From Oligoflexales bacterium (GTDB taxonomy: Bacteria > Bdellovibrionota_B > Oligoflexia > Oligoflexales > CAIYRB01): a stretch of 26,497 bases of DNA. The position numbers and the translations under genes are program-made. Every line of letters starts with the position of its first letter. Position 1 is the first letter of the stretch. The notes under the pieces were generated by a model. That model made no database searches, had not been told where the DNA came from, and was given only the letters and a program-made list of their open reading frames with translations. Shown piece after piece: positions 17,163-26,210 of the stretch. The stretch covers positions 1-26,497 of the forward strand of contig JBGSUI010000065.1 in NCBI GenBank assembly GCA_041736175.1. Reading direction: 5' to 3'.

Positions 17163-17178
17163 TGCATAATCCGGGCCA
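17163..17178 (-). promoter_or_regulatory. Putative sigma54 promoter (TGGCCCGGATTATGCA)
   Basis: GG-N10-GC 40 nt upstream of the lipoprotein start, with tandem TGTCTA half-sites at 17252 and 17271. Confidence 0.6.
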
Positions 17179-17445
17179 GTGACAAATCATTATTTATGAT
17201 AAAATACTACAGCAATTATAGTTTGTTATGGATCTTTTCGAGAGTACCTGGTGTCTAAGGAATTATCAGCTGTCTAGATAAAATCTGAAAAATATAGGCA
17301 ATCGATGGAAAGAAGTGTTTTTCCTTTGGATATAGGCGATGATAAGGCCTGCTTGCCCTAGGCCATTGGAGCGCAGGAAAAAGCGAGTGCCCCTTGCTAA
17401 GATTTTGCCTCTTAAGTTAAATGAAAGTGAGCCGATCGAGGAAAT

Positions 17446-18150
17446 ATGCCTTTGCGACCTAAATTTTCAATTCCGCGCCAGCCAGATGACATCACCTGCG
17501 GGCCGACTTGTTTATTTTCTATCTATCAGCATTACGGCCTGACAAGAGCCGATTTGGGAGGGGTGATCGCGGAGGTTCCAGCCTTAAGGGGTGGTGGGAC
17601 TCTGGGTGCATGGCTGGGAGTCCATGCGATCCAGCAAGGTTTTAAGGTTTCGATCTATACCTATAATCTAAATATTTTTGATCCAACTTGGAGTTATCTG
17701 AGTCGAGACGAACTCGTCGATAAACTAGAACATCAAATCGAGGCTAAGAAAAAGCCAAAATTAAAAATTGCTTCTAAGGCCTATATGGATTTTCTCCTGG
17801 CCGGTGGGGAGCTCAAGTTCTACGACCTATCCGTAGAATTGCTCAGCGAGTATCTTGTCCAGGGCATTCCTCTCGTCGTGGGGTTGAGCGCCTCCTACCT
17901 CTATCGAACCATGCGCGAGTATGGGAAATATCAAATTCCCGACGACATTCGTGGATTCCCTCAGGGGCATTTTGTGGTCCTGACCGGCTGCGATCTAGAG
18001 CAAAACGTTGCTTTTATAGCCGATCCCTACCATCCGGAATCGATGGAATCAGGCCGTACCTATAAAGTGTCCTTTGAACATCTCATCTGTTCGATTCTTC
18101 TTGGTGTCGTGACTTACGACGGAAACATTATTGTTATATCGAAGGGGTAA
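17446..18150 (+). CDS. Peptidase C39-like (papain-fold) protein
   Basis: QPDDITCGPTCL (Gln and Cys), GHFVVLTG (His) and IADPY (Asp). SD GAGGA. Confidence 0.85.
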   Translation: MPLRPKFSIPRQPDDITCGPTCLFSIYQHYGLTRADLGGVIAEVPALRGGGTLGAWLGVHAIQQGFKVSIYTYNLNIFDPTWSYLSRDELVDKLEHQIEAKKKPKLKIASKAYMDFLLAGGELKFYDLSVELLSEYLVQGIPLVVGLSASYLYRTMREYGKYQIPDDIRGFPQGHFVVLTGCDLEQNVAFIADPYHPESMESGRTYKVSFEHLICSILLGVVTYDGNIIVISKG

Positions 18151-18160
18151 ATAGGATCTT

Positions 18161-19633
18161 ATGCATCATATAATCATAGTTGATACACCAACAGATTGGC
18201 CATTAGAACTACCAGACGTGCAAGTTATGGCTGCACGGGATTACCTAGCATCCGAGGGACTTAGAAAACTAAGAAACGTCAAAGTGTTTAATCTTTGTCG
18301 TTCCTATAAATACCAAACCATTGGGTATTACGTGTCGCTTCTAGCTACAGCGAGAGGACACAAGCCGATACCATCTGTAGCAACGATCCAGGACATGAAG
18401 TCCCAAGCCATTATCAAGCTGGCTTCTGATGAGATGGACGATCTCATACAAAAAAATCTTACCGAAATCAAAGTCGATGATTTTGTGTTAAGCATTTATT
18501 TTGGCAAGAATGTAGCTCGAAAATATGACCGCATTTCGGCAGAACTTTATAAAATGTTTCACGCTCCCTTTGTGAGAGCCATCTTTGCACGAGAGGACGG
18601 CAAGTGGATCCTCCGCAAAGTCGGGCCGATAGCGGCCAAAGAGATTCCCGCGGATCACCATAAAGACGTGGTAGAATTTGCAAAGGAATACTTTAATGGA
18701 AAAAGGTCAGGAGAAAAGCGAAAGAACGACATTCGCTACAATCTTGCTATTTTGTGTGATGAAGCCGAAGTGACTCGTCCCAGTAATGAGGGAGCCATCA
18801 AGAGGTTTATACGGGCTGCGGAAAAACTCCATATGGAGGCGGAAATCATCGACCGGACCGACTATTCGCGATTGGTGGAGTTTGATGCGTTGTTTATCCG
18901 TGAAACCACATCGGTCAACCATCACACCTATCGTTTCGCGAGGCGAGCTGCGGCAGAAGGACTTGTAGTGATCGATGATCCAGAGTCCATCTTAAAATGC
19001 ACTAACAAGGTGTTTTTAAGCGAACTGCTAGAACGAAATAATATTCTTGCGCCACGGACCATGGTAGTCCATCGCGACAATGCCCATGATGTGTTAGCTC
19101 GGGTGGGTTTACCTTGTGTCCTTAAACAGCCTGATAGCTCCTTTTCTCAAGGAGTGGTTAAAGTCACAGACGAAGAGTCCCTCCATCGGGAACTTGGGCT
19201 TTTGTTTGAGAAGAGCGAGCTGGTTATCGCCCAGGAGTTTTTGCCTACTGAATTTGATTGGCGTGTGGGGATATTAGACGGCAAGCCCCTTTACCTATGC
19301 AAATACTTTATGGCTAAAAAAGACTGGAAGGTGATTTCAAAAGACGCCATGGGAAGAGTGCTTAATGGCCGTACAGAGACACTGCCCGTGGAACTGGCTA
19401 ATCGAAAGCTGTTAAATCTGGCATTAAAGACTGCTAATCTTATCGGGAATGGATTATATGGTCTTGATATTAAACAAATTGGTAATCAGTTTTATGTTAT
19501 CGAGATAAACGACAACCCGAGTATCGATCATGGATGGGAAGACCAAGTTCTTAAAGACGAACTCTATGTTAGAATTATGGAAGTTTTTCTAAAGAGAATT
19601 GTGGACATTAAGGAAGGTCGGGCTGTTTCTTGA
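18161..19633 (+). CDS. RimK-family ATP-grasp ligase with N-terminal RLAN domain
   Basis: RLAN motif NLCRSYKYQTIGYYVSLLATARGH. ATP-grasp motifs CTNK, LKQPDSSFSQGV, QEF, DWRVG, YGLDIK and IEINDNP. Confidence 0.92.
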   Translation: MHHIIIVDTPTDWPLELPDVQVMAARDYLASEGLRKLRNVKVFNLCRSYKYQTIGYYVSLLATARGHKPIPSVATIQDMKSQAIIKLASDEMDDLIQKNLTEIKVDDFVLSIYFGKNVARKYDRISAELYKMFHAPFVRAIFAREDGKWILRKVGPIAAKEIPADHHKDVVEFAKEYFNGKRSGEKRKNDIRYNLAILCDEAEVTRPSNEGAIKRFIRAAEKLHMEAEIIDRTDYSRLVEFDALFIRETTSVNHHTYRFARRAAAEGLVVIDDPESILKCTNKVFLSELLERNNILAPRTMVVHRDNAHDVLARVGLPCVLKQPDSSFSQGVVKVTDEESLHRELGLLFEKSELVIAQEFLPTEFDWRVGILDGKPLYLCKYFMAKKDWKVISKDAMGRVLNGRTETLPVELANRKLLNLALKTANLIGNGLYGLDIKQIGNQFYVIEINDNPSIDHGWEDQVLKDELYVRIMEVFLKRIVDIKEGRAVS

Positions 19634-19654
19634 TGTTAAAAGAAAGGGGATTTT

Positions 19655-20977
19655 ATGCATGCACTCGTGGATGAGGTAGCGACGACCAAGCCAATCCTTG
19701 GCCTCTTTGGCGGGTATGGTATCGAGCTTGAGTATATGATTGTCGATCGCGCGACGCTGGGAGCCCGCCCTATCTCGGACCGCATCCTGATCGATGATTC
19801 CGGGTCTATCGCCAATGAAATCGAAAAAGACGGGACTTGTTGGTCAAACGAGCTTGTCATGCATGTTTTGGAGATTAAATCCCGCGGTCCCTCCCAATCG
19901 TTGCTTCCCTTAGTGCGACTCTTTGAAAGAGATATTGTAAGTATTAACCAAGCATTGAGTGGTAACCATGCGATGCTACTACCGACTGCTATGCATCCCT
20001 TTTTTGTCCCCGAAAAAGAAATGAAACTGTGGTCCCACGAGCACAATGAGATCTATGATAAATATAACCAGATTTTCGATTGTCGTGGGCACGGTTGGTC
20101 CAACTTACAGAGCATGCATATCAACCTACCCTTTGCCGACAACGACGAGTTTGGTCGACTTCATGCGGCCATTCGGTTGGTCCTCCCCCTCTTGCCGGCG
20201 TTGGCCGCGTCGTCGCCCGTTTTCGAACGTAAACATCGGGGAATCCTCGATCATCGACTCGAATTTTATCGAAATAACCAAAAAAAGATTCCCCAAATCA
20301 CCGGTGAAGTCGTGCCTGAACAGGCTTTTTCGATTGGCGAGTATCATGAGAAAATTCTCAATCCTCTCTATAAAGCGATAAAGCCCTTCGATCCTCAGGG
20401 TCTTCTTCAGGAAGAGTGGCTCAACTCAAGGGGAGCGATCGCTCGGTTTGATCGCAATGCCATCGAAATCCGTTTGCTTGATATCCAAGAATGCCCGCGG
20501 ATGGATCTTGCCATAGCGAGTGCAGTGGTGAGTCTGGTTAAATCATTGGTGGATGGCCGCTGGATTTCTTTTGGGCAGCAAAAAATGTGGTCGCAGATTC
20601 CTTTGCATGAGATTTTTAAGAAGGTCTTAGTGGAAGGAGATCAGGCAGTCATCGATCATATGCCCTATCTAAAAATTTTTGATCCAGGCGCCCACTCTCC
20701 AGTGAAAGCTGGTAAACTCTGGAAACATATCATTCATAGTTTGAATAGTTGGGGACAATATCCACTTGCGGACTTTTCTAAGGAACTCCAGTTTATTCTT
20801 ACGAATGGATGTCTGGCTCGCCGCATCCTTGAAGCTCTGCAGATCGAGTCTGGAAAGTCGCCTAAAAAGGGGGTAATTTCGTTCCCGGTGGATCACTTGC
20901 AAAAGGTTTATTTAAAACTTTCGAAATGTCTCATGAAAGGTGAGTGGTTTGAGTCAAGCAGGGACGACAAAACCTAA
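19655..20977 (+). CDS. Glutamate-cysteine ligase family 2 (GCS2) carboxylate-amine ligase
   Basis: GIELEYMIVD, NELVMHVLE, AMHP, SMHIN, AASSP and RFDRNAIEIRLLD motifs. Confidence 0.9.
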   Translation: MHALVDEVATTKPILGLFGGYGIELEYMIVDRATLGARPISDRILIDDSGSIANEIEKDGTCWSNELVMHVLEIKSRGPSQSLLPLVRLFERDIVSINQALSGNHAMLLPTAMHPFFVPEKEMKLWSHEHNEIYDKYNQIFDCRGHGWSNLQSMHINLPFADNDEFGRLHAAIRLVLPLLPALAASSPVFERKHRGILDHRLEFYRNNQKKIPQITGEVVPEQAFSIGEYHEKILNPLYKAIKPFDPQGLLQEEWLNSRGAIARFDRNAIEIRLLDIQECPRMDLAIASAVVSLVKSLVDGRWISFGQQKMWSQIPLHEIFKKVLVEGDQAVIDHMPYLKIFDPGAHSPVKAGKLWKHIIHSLNSWGQYPLADFSKELQFILTNGCLARRILEALQIESGKSPKKGVISFPVDHLQKVYLKLSKCLMKGEWFESSRDDKT

Positions 20978-21713
20978 TCTGGTTCTGATTACTTGTGAAC
21001 ACGGGGGGAACCAGATTCCACCCGAGCTTGATGCTCTTGTGCCCCAATCCAGACGAAATGTATTGAATACCCATGCAGGTTTGGACATCGGGGCTCTATG
21101 GATAGCCCGAAAAATATCTGAGAGCCTAGGGGTCAAGCTTATATACAGCGAAATATCGCGGCTAGTGGTCGACCTCAATCGCTCGGCGCGCATGTACGGC
21201 AGCTTCTATCATAATATTAAGCCTTTTACACAAACACTTACCGCTCAAGAGCTTTTAGGACGGTATTATTGGCCTTACCGAATGGAGGTTGAAGAATTCC
21301 TAAACCAAACACTAAAGTCCCATGAATCGATGCTCCACCTGTCTATTCATTCTTTTACCCCCAAGCTAAAAAAAGAGATCCGCAAGGCCGAGATTGGCAT
21401 CCTCTATGATCCCCATCGACCGCTCGAAAAGGAGATTGCGGCAAAACTTAAGGCACGGCTGCAGGTTCATGCACCTCCTCCTATTAAGTTTGATGGGGTC
21501 GAGTCCAGTAAAAAGCATAGTTGGAGGATTAGGCTTAATTATCCATATACGGGGGTTTCAGACGGTTTTACATCCTACTTGCGCAAAAGATTTTCTGAAA
21601 CCCAATATGCAGGTATCGAAATTGAGTTTAACCAGAGCTGGACAGCGCACGAACAGAAAAAGATCCTCATATATGAGGCTTTTATGGCCGCCTTAGGCGA
21701 TAATTTGTCCTAA
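20940..21713 (+). CDS. N-formylglutamate amidohydrolase family
   Basis: TCEHGGN, DIGA, SRLVVDLNR, SIHSFT, NYPY and IEIE motifs. Overlaps the upstream gene by 38 nt. Confidence 0.9.
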   Translation: MSGLSQAGTTKPNLVLITCEHGGNQIPPELDALVPQSRRNVLNTHAGLDIGALWIARKISESLGVKLIYSEISRLVVDLNRSARMYGSFYHNIKPFTQTLTAQELLGRYYWPYRMEVEEFLNQTLKSHESMLHLSIHSFTPKLKKEIRKAEIGILYDPHRPLEKEIAAKLKARLQVHAPPPIKFDGVESSKKHSWRIRLNYPYTGVSDGFTSYLRKRFSETQYAGIEIEFNQSWTAHEQKKILIYEAFMAALGDNLS

Positions 21714-21820
21714 AATCCGGTGGCTGGTAAAGAGTCAAAAAAGTGGTGAGTTGTCGCAGTGGTATCCACTGAGACCGATCCTGGGGTGTTGTTTAACCTA
21801 AAAAAATCTCCTTAAGACAG

Positions 21821-21836
21821 TGGCATCACTCTTGCA
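21821..21836 (+). promoter_or_regulatory. Putative sigma54 promoter (TGGCATCACTCTTGCA)
   Basis: Near-consensus TGGCA...TTGCA with GG-N10-GC spacing, 27 nt before the ATG at 21864. Confidence 0.7.
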
Positions 21837-21863
21837 TGATCTCATTTGCATTAAAAAATAAGG

Positions 21864-23609
21864 ATGAGAGTGATGCATAGTCTATATGAACGAGTCAAAA
21901 AGGTGTGGTTTGTTATTTGGATTCTGTTGGTCGCTAGTTGGGGATGGGGATGTCGAAAGTCCAGTCAGAATCCCCAAGGAGCCGCACTCAGTGGGCAGTC
22001 CATGGCCACGTCCCAAGGGTCCCAAGAAAAGGCAACGGCCCTGAGGTTTCGCAACCTCTTAGCTTTTCATTTAGGCGAGCAGGGACTGAATCCCCAAAGC
22101 ATCCATGAAACCATGTTTTTGCAACCGAATTCACTTAATAACATCCCAAAGGCGCGGGGCATCGAGAGTTTCTTAAAAGAGATTGATAAACTCTATTTTG
22201 TGTCCAAACCAGAGGATTGGTATAACCAGGGTCGCAGTCAACCCAGCTCACCTGTGACCCCCAAGTCTGGAAGCGGAGTGGTGACCTTGGTGGTATTTCC
22301 AGGATTTTCGAGCGAATTTATCCCCGTAGATCCCTTTGAAGAAATCCTTAAGCTGGGAGATCGTGGCGAAAGTGCTTTTGCAAAAAAGGTCAAACCAAGC
22401 CTAGAAGCTATGACGGACGAAGTCTATAGCGTCCGGGATCAGAAACAGCGACCCGTAAAACTCTCCGAAGTGGTACGCGTCGGGAGTTACGATCGCAACG
22501 GACACCCATGGGTCAATATCATTATGCTGAGTCCGAAACTTGGGTCCCTGGAAAGTATAGGAAAATTAGCAAGCACAGTCCCGATCTACCAAAGGCGCCT
22601 GGATAAAATTTTAAGGAAGACTCCTGATCTTGGTAAAATCTATCTACTTGGCCATTCTCGGGGTGCCAATGTGGCTTTGGAGTTTCTCCGCGCAACCAGT
22701 TTGGAAGCACGCAAATATCCTTGGGTGGGACGTATTGAAGGTCTCGTGGGACTAGGGGCTGTCTTTTATGGCACGCAGATGGCAGATGAGGTTTTTTCGA
22801 CTGAGTCCTCTCCCCAGCAACAAATGCGCGTCCTGCTGACAGATCTTATGTCCCGACTGGAAGAGGAGCCCCAGGGGCTTACGGGCAAAGCTTATACTAC
22901 GGAAGTTGCGGCCAGGGTTCTGCGTAACGCCAATGCCTATCGCAAAGTTTTGGCCCAGTTTACAACCCTATCTAAGCCGGCAGCCATAGACCTTTTGATC
23001 GAAGAAGAGAGGCTGCGTCATGTCCAGAGTACCCGTGAACTACCAGGGTTACTCGGCAACTTTGAGATGACACGAGGGCTCCTCTTTGACCTTATCAATA
23101 TGCAATGCCCGTTCAGCTGCTATTTCCAAAATATAAAAGCATTTAAACAAGTCGTGAACGGTGTCCTCGAAGGAATCAAGTCTTTGACGACCCCAGATCG
23201 GATGGCATGGTGGAAGCACGAGAGTCTACCGACGCGGTTTCGGATTTTGAGTCTGGCTGCCACGATGGCTGGTCCTGTGGAAAACCATAAGCTTTCACCT
23301 ATCATCGGTTTACCCCACTATGGCTATTGTTTGCCGGATTTCACCCTGGTCCAAAGGCCGTCCTATTATTTTCTGCTCAATGCAGGTGGAGGGCCCCTCA
23401 ACGATAGCGCTGTTTCCGTAGCTCGGTCCAGGTATTGGCCGCAGCTGGACTCTATGAGTGGCCGCTCCTATGACTTTCTTGGGGTGATGGCTAGCCATCA
23501 TTTTGGGATCGCTTTTCCGGCGGCAGTGGTGAGTCAGACGGGTGGTGGCAATTCTTTTCCGAGGAGCGCTCTATTAGGGGCTCTGGGGTCTTATTTGAGG
23601 GATCTTTAA
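21864..23609 (+). CDS. Alpha/beta-hydrolase (lipase-like) lipoprotein
   Basis: Lipobox GWGC, oxyanion-like FPGF, nucleophile elbow GHSRG, candidate Asp (NDSAV) and His (SHH). Confidence 0.8.
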   Translation: MRVMHSLYERVKKVWFVIWILLVASWGWGCRKSSQNPQGAALSGQSMATSQGSQEKATALRFRNLLAFHLGEQGLNPQSIHETMFLQPNSLNNIPKARGIESFLKEIDKLYFVSKPEDWYNQGRSQPSSPVTPKSGSGVVTLVVFPGFSSEFIPVDPFEEILKLGDRGESAFAKKVKPSLEAMTDEVYSVRDQKQRPVKLSEVVRVGSYDRNGHPWVNIIMLSPKLGSLESIGKLASTVPIYQRRLDKILRKTPDLGKIYLLGHSRGANVALEFLRATSLEARKYPWVGRIEGLVGLGAVFYGTQMADEVFSTESSPQQQMRVLLTDLMSRLEEEPQGLTGKAYTTEVAARVLRNANAYRKVLAQFTTLSKPAAIDLLIEEERLRHVQSTRELPGLLGNFEMTRGLLFDLINMQCPFSCYFQNIKAFKQVVNGVLEGIKSLTTPDRMAWWKHESLPTRFRILSLAATMAGPVENHKLSPIIGLPHYGYCLPDFTLVQRPSYYFLLNAGGGPLNDSAVSVARSRYWPQLDSMSGRSYDFLGVMASHHFGIAFPAAVVSQTGGGNSFPRSALLGALGSYLRDL

Positions 23610-23619
23610 GGGGGAAGCC

Positions 23620-24282
23620 TTAGGGGGATTTCAAATGGGGTTTGAGTTGGGTGGCGATGAGTTGCGCCGCTTTTTCGTTGGCCTCGGGGGGAGGTTGTAT
23701 CTTTTCAGAGCTTAATTTGTCATGACTCCAAAACCCTCCGTAGATGTCTTTGATACAAAGTATTTTGAGTTCGTTACAAAGTTGGCCAATCGCCATGGAC
23801 CAGTTATCACCCATAAAGGGAGGGTTGAGTTCCAAATAGACAGCGATCGCCGATTGTTGGTGAATCGCTTTGACACCTTCACGGATTTTTGTGAGGGTTA
23901 GGCCTAAGTCTTCCTTATTGACGATGGCTTCTGCTCCAAGGGACAGGATGGCGACGTCAGGATTGATTTGGCTTAGGCGTTTGAACTGATCGGCCAAGGG
24001 AGAGGGGCCCTCTTGATTGGCAGCGAGGTTGGTGATGGTTTTTCCCAGTGTTTTCTGGAGTAATTCAGAGAGCCTTTGGTTTGGTTCAAGATCGAGGCCC
24101 GAAGCGATTTGATCCCCCATCATGACGATGTTGCGACCAGGGACGGGGCTAAACAAGACTTGGGGCTGTCTACCCATCCACCTGTCTTTTAGGAGAAATC
24201 CAGCCGCCATAAGGCTAGCTGCTAGGAGCACCAAAGTCATTTTTGATTTAGGGGGATTAGGAGACTCTTGTCCTGTTACCAT
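23620..24282 (-). CDS. Membrane-anchored SGNH/GDSL-fold protein, catalytically degenerate
   Basis: IVMMGDQIASG (block I), PDVAILSLGAE (block III) and EKIQP (block V). SD AAGGAG is 8 nt before the ATG at 24282, which is therefore preferred over GTG 24291. Confidence 0.75.
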   Translation of the reverse strand: MVTGQESPNPPKSKMTLVLLAASLMAAGFLLKDRWMGRQPQVLFSPVPGRNIVMMGDQIASGLDLEPNQRLSELLQKTLGKTITNLAANQEGPSPLADQFKRLSQINPDVAILSLGAEAIVNKEDLGLTLTKIREGVKAIHQQSAIAVYLELNPPFMGDNWSMAIGQLCNELKILCIKDIYGGFWSHDKLSSEKIQPPPEANEKAAQLIATQLKPHLKSP

Positions 24283-24329
24283 TCTGGTCACTCCTTGAGC
24301 TGTGCAACAAGAAACCAGCGCTTAATCTA

Positions 24330-24367
24330 GCGGCCTTTAACGGGTGCGTCGATAGAAAAAAGGCCGC
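24330..24367. other. Inverted repeat GCGGCCTTT-N20-AAAGGCCGC between genes
   Basis: 9-bp stem just downstream of the cytochrome-like gene, with no clear U-tract. Confidence 0.35.
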
Positions 24368-24380
24368 ATCCCAAGAATGA

Positions 24381-25643
24381 TTAAGGACACACATCAGGAC
24401 CCAACCCCTTCGTTTCCTGAACCTGGGGCAGCTTTGCCAGATCGACCGCAGTACAGTTGATCGCCGATGGGTTGTTGCAGCAACACAAGAGTCTTTTAAG
24501 GTGAGCACCATATTGCTGGTCCCATACTCCCCGTGACTTAAGGCTGTCAGCGAGATTGGGTGGCATCCAAATGGGAGGTAACGGTGCCGGAGTCGCTGGA
24601 TGGTTGAGGTCTTTCACGGGTGATTTAAGGCCCACCGAATAAGGGACGAAATGGCTGCAAGATATGTTTTTTCCGATATAATGACACGATGTGCAAAATT
24701 GTGGTGACTCTTTGCCGTCGGCTGCCGGCAAAGGAGTGGTCGATACTGCTAAGAGTGGGAGCAGCTCCTGACGGTCTCCAAAGAGGTCCGAGACCACGAG
24801 GTAAGGAGTTTCTTTGGAGAGGCGTGGTGGAGTATACACCTGTTGCAGCCAAGGGCTGGTTAGAAAAGGACCTGTATCGTGACAGCGTATGCATTGATCA
24901 GTTGCAGTGACAAATTGAGGTGATTTCCACTGACTAGTAGTTGGGTTTGCCCAATAATTTTCGGAAAACTCAAGGCCATTGGCGTCTTTTTTAAGCTTGG
25001 GCTCGGGGAGATCCTCAAAGGAAGGCTTGCGTGGATCGTCTGGTGAGGGGATATAGCCACCGTAGGTGCTACGGTAGTCGAAAAAACAAGTCTTGCCGGT
25101 CTTCATATTGGCCCAAATCAAACCAACTGTCTCGATCTGGTAGTAGTTAAGTAGACTGGTGATTGTTTTTGTGTCCAAAAAGTCCTTAAGGCGCTCGGCT
25201 TGGTTTCGAGGCGAAACAAACCTCCTGGTGCGACATATGAGAGCTGCTTTGGTATCTGGAGTGAGAGTTCTTTCCTGAACAAAAGAATAATTGATGCAAG
25301 CCTCTTCAGGAATCAGCCAAGAAGGTCGATCACAGGATACTTTACCTTGGACCAGGAGCGGGAAGTTGGTATCGTTGAGAGATTCGCCGCCAATCGTAAT
25401 GGGCACCTCTTTGCCTGCCATGCAATTCCAAGGCTGTAGGGGGGCTTCTGGCAGCTCTAGTTCTTTTTTGCACTGGAGTGCATAAGCCATCGTGCTTTCT
25501 AAGGGATCGGTTTTGGTCGGATCTACGAGGTCTTTTTTGGTGACATGTTTTGGATTTTTTTTAAAGAGAGAACCGTCCTGGCATCCTAGGATCGTTCCCA
25601 GGAAAACCATGATTTTACAGGATCTAAATAAAAGCCTTAGCAT
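24381..25643 (-). CDS. Cys-rich lipoprotein with two CxxCH motifs (putative diheme cytochrome c)
   Basis: Lipobox ILGC, heme-binding motifs CIRCH and CTSCH, and many additional Cys. Confidence 0.75.
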   Translation of the reverse strand: MLRLLFRSCKIMVFLGTILGCQDGSLFKKNPKHVTKKDLVDPTKTDPLESTMAYALQCKKELELPEAPLQPWNCMAGKEVPITIGGESLNDTNFPLLVQGKVSCDRPSWLIPEEACINYSFVQERTLTPDTKAALICRTRRFVSPRNQAERLKDFLDTKTITSLLNYYQIETVGLIWANMKTGKTCFFDYRSTYGGYIPSPDDPRKPSFEDLPEPKLKKDANGLEFSENYWANPTTSQWKSPQFVTATDQCIRCHDTGPFLTSPWLQQVYTPPRLSKETPYLVVSDLFGDRQELLPLLAVSTTPLPAADGKESPQFCTSCHYIGKNISCSHFVPYSVGLKSPVKDLNHPATPAPLPPIWMPPNLADSLKSRGVWDQQYGAHLKRLLCCCNNPSAINCTAVDLAKLPQVQETKGLGPDVCP

Positions 25644-25646
25644 TTA

Positions 25647-26210
25647 CTAATAGGGTATCCCAAGGGTCGACTTAATGGCATAGTCCAAGTCTTTTTTCTG
25701 TTTTTGGTAGGAATTTTCTAACTCAACATAATCTAGGTTAAATTTAGTTGGGAAGGATGGTCCTGTTGTAGTGATCTCATAGAATTTTTGGCCGCGCTTA
25801 GAGGTACCGGTATGGGCATACACGTACCAATACTGGTTTTTTTGGGTCATATACTCTTCTTCGAGACAGGTGATTCCTGGCCCAGGGTTAATATGGAGGA
25901 GGATATTGCCTGAGGCCTGGCCCTTTATGATCTGTTTTACGCCGACGCCTGCGCAGAGGCCGAGGCTACAGCGTTTGACGGGTACGAGGACTTCGACGAT
26001 CAGGACGGCGTCGTGGCCAGCTAGATTGTCCATGGGCGAATCCTGACCTAGGGGGTACTGCCCCACGGCGCGAGGGTATTTTTTGCTATTTGGACAAAAG
26101 ACGTCGGTCATCGAAGGTGGTACCGTCGCCGCAGTTGCAACTCTAGGTGGTAAACATAAAAAAATGATACAAAGGCCGCATAGTTGAAGGATGATGTTGA
26201 TTTGGATCAT
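25647..26210 (-). CDS. Hypothetical secreted protein, possibly TIMP/NTR-like OB fold
   Basis: Signal peptide ending ATA-A and the pattern DAVLIVEV..VKQIIKG..C..YWYVYA. It ends 3 nt before the next start. Confidence 0.65.
   Translation of the reverse strand: MIQINIILQLCGLCIIFLCLPPRVATAATVPPSMTDVFCPNSKKYPRAVGQYPLGQDSPMDNLAGHDAVLIVEVLVPVKRCSLGLCAGVGVKQIIKGQASGNILLHINPGPGITCLEEEYMTQKNQYWYVYAHTGTSKRGQKFYEITTTGPSFPTKFNLDYVELENSYQKQKKDLDYAIKSTLGIPY

Noticed and set aside
17339..17542. 67-aa ORF upstream of the C39-like gene as a precursor peptide
   Set aside because: It overlaps the peptidase gene out of frame, and has no leader motif or convincing SD.
18161..20977. Naming the ligases rimK and gshA
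   Set aside because: The RLAN-fused 490-aa ligase and this GCS2 subtype are family members, not demonstrable orthologues.
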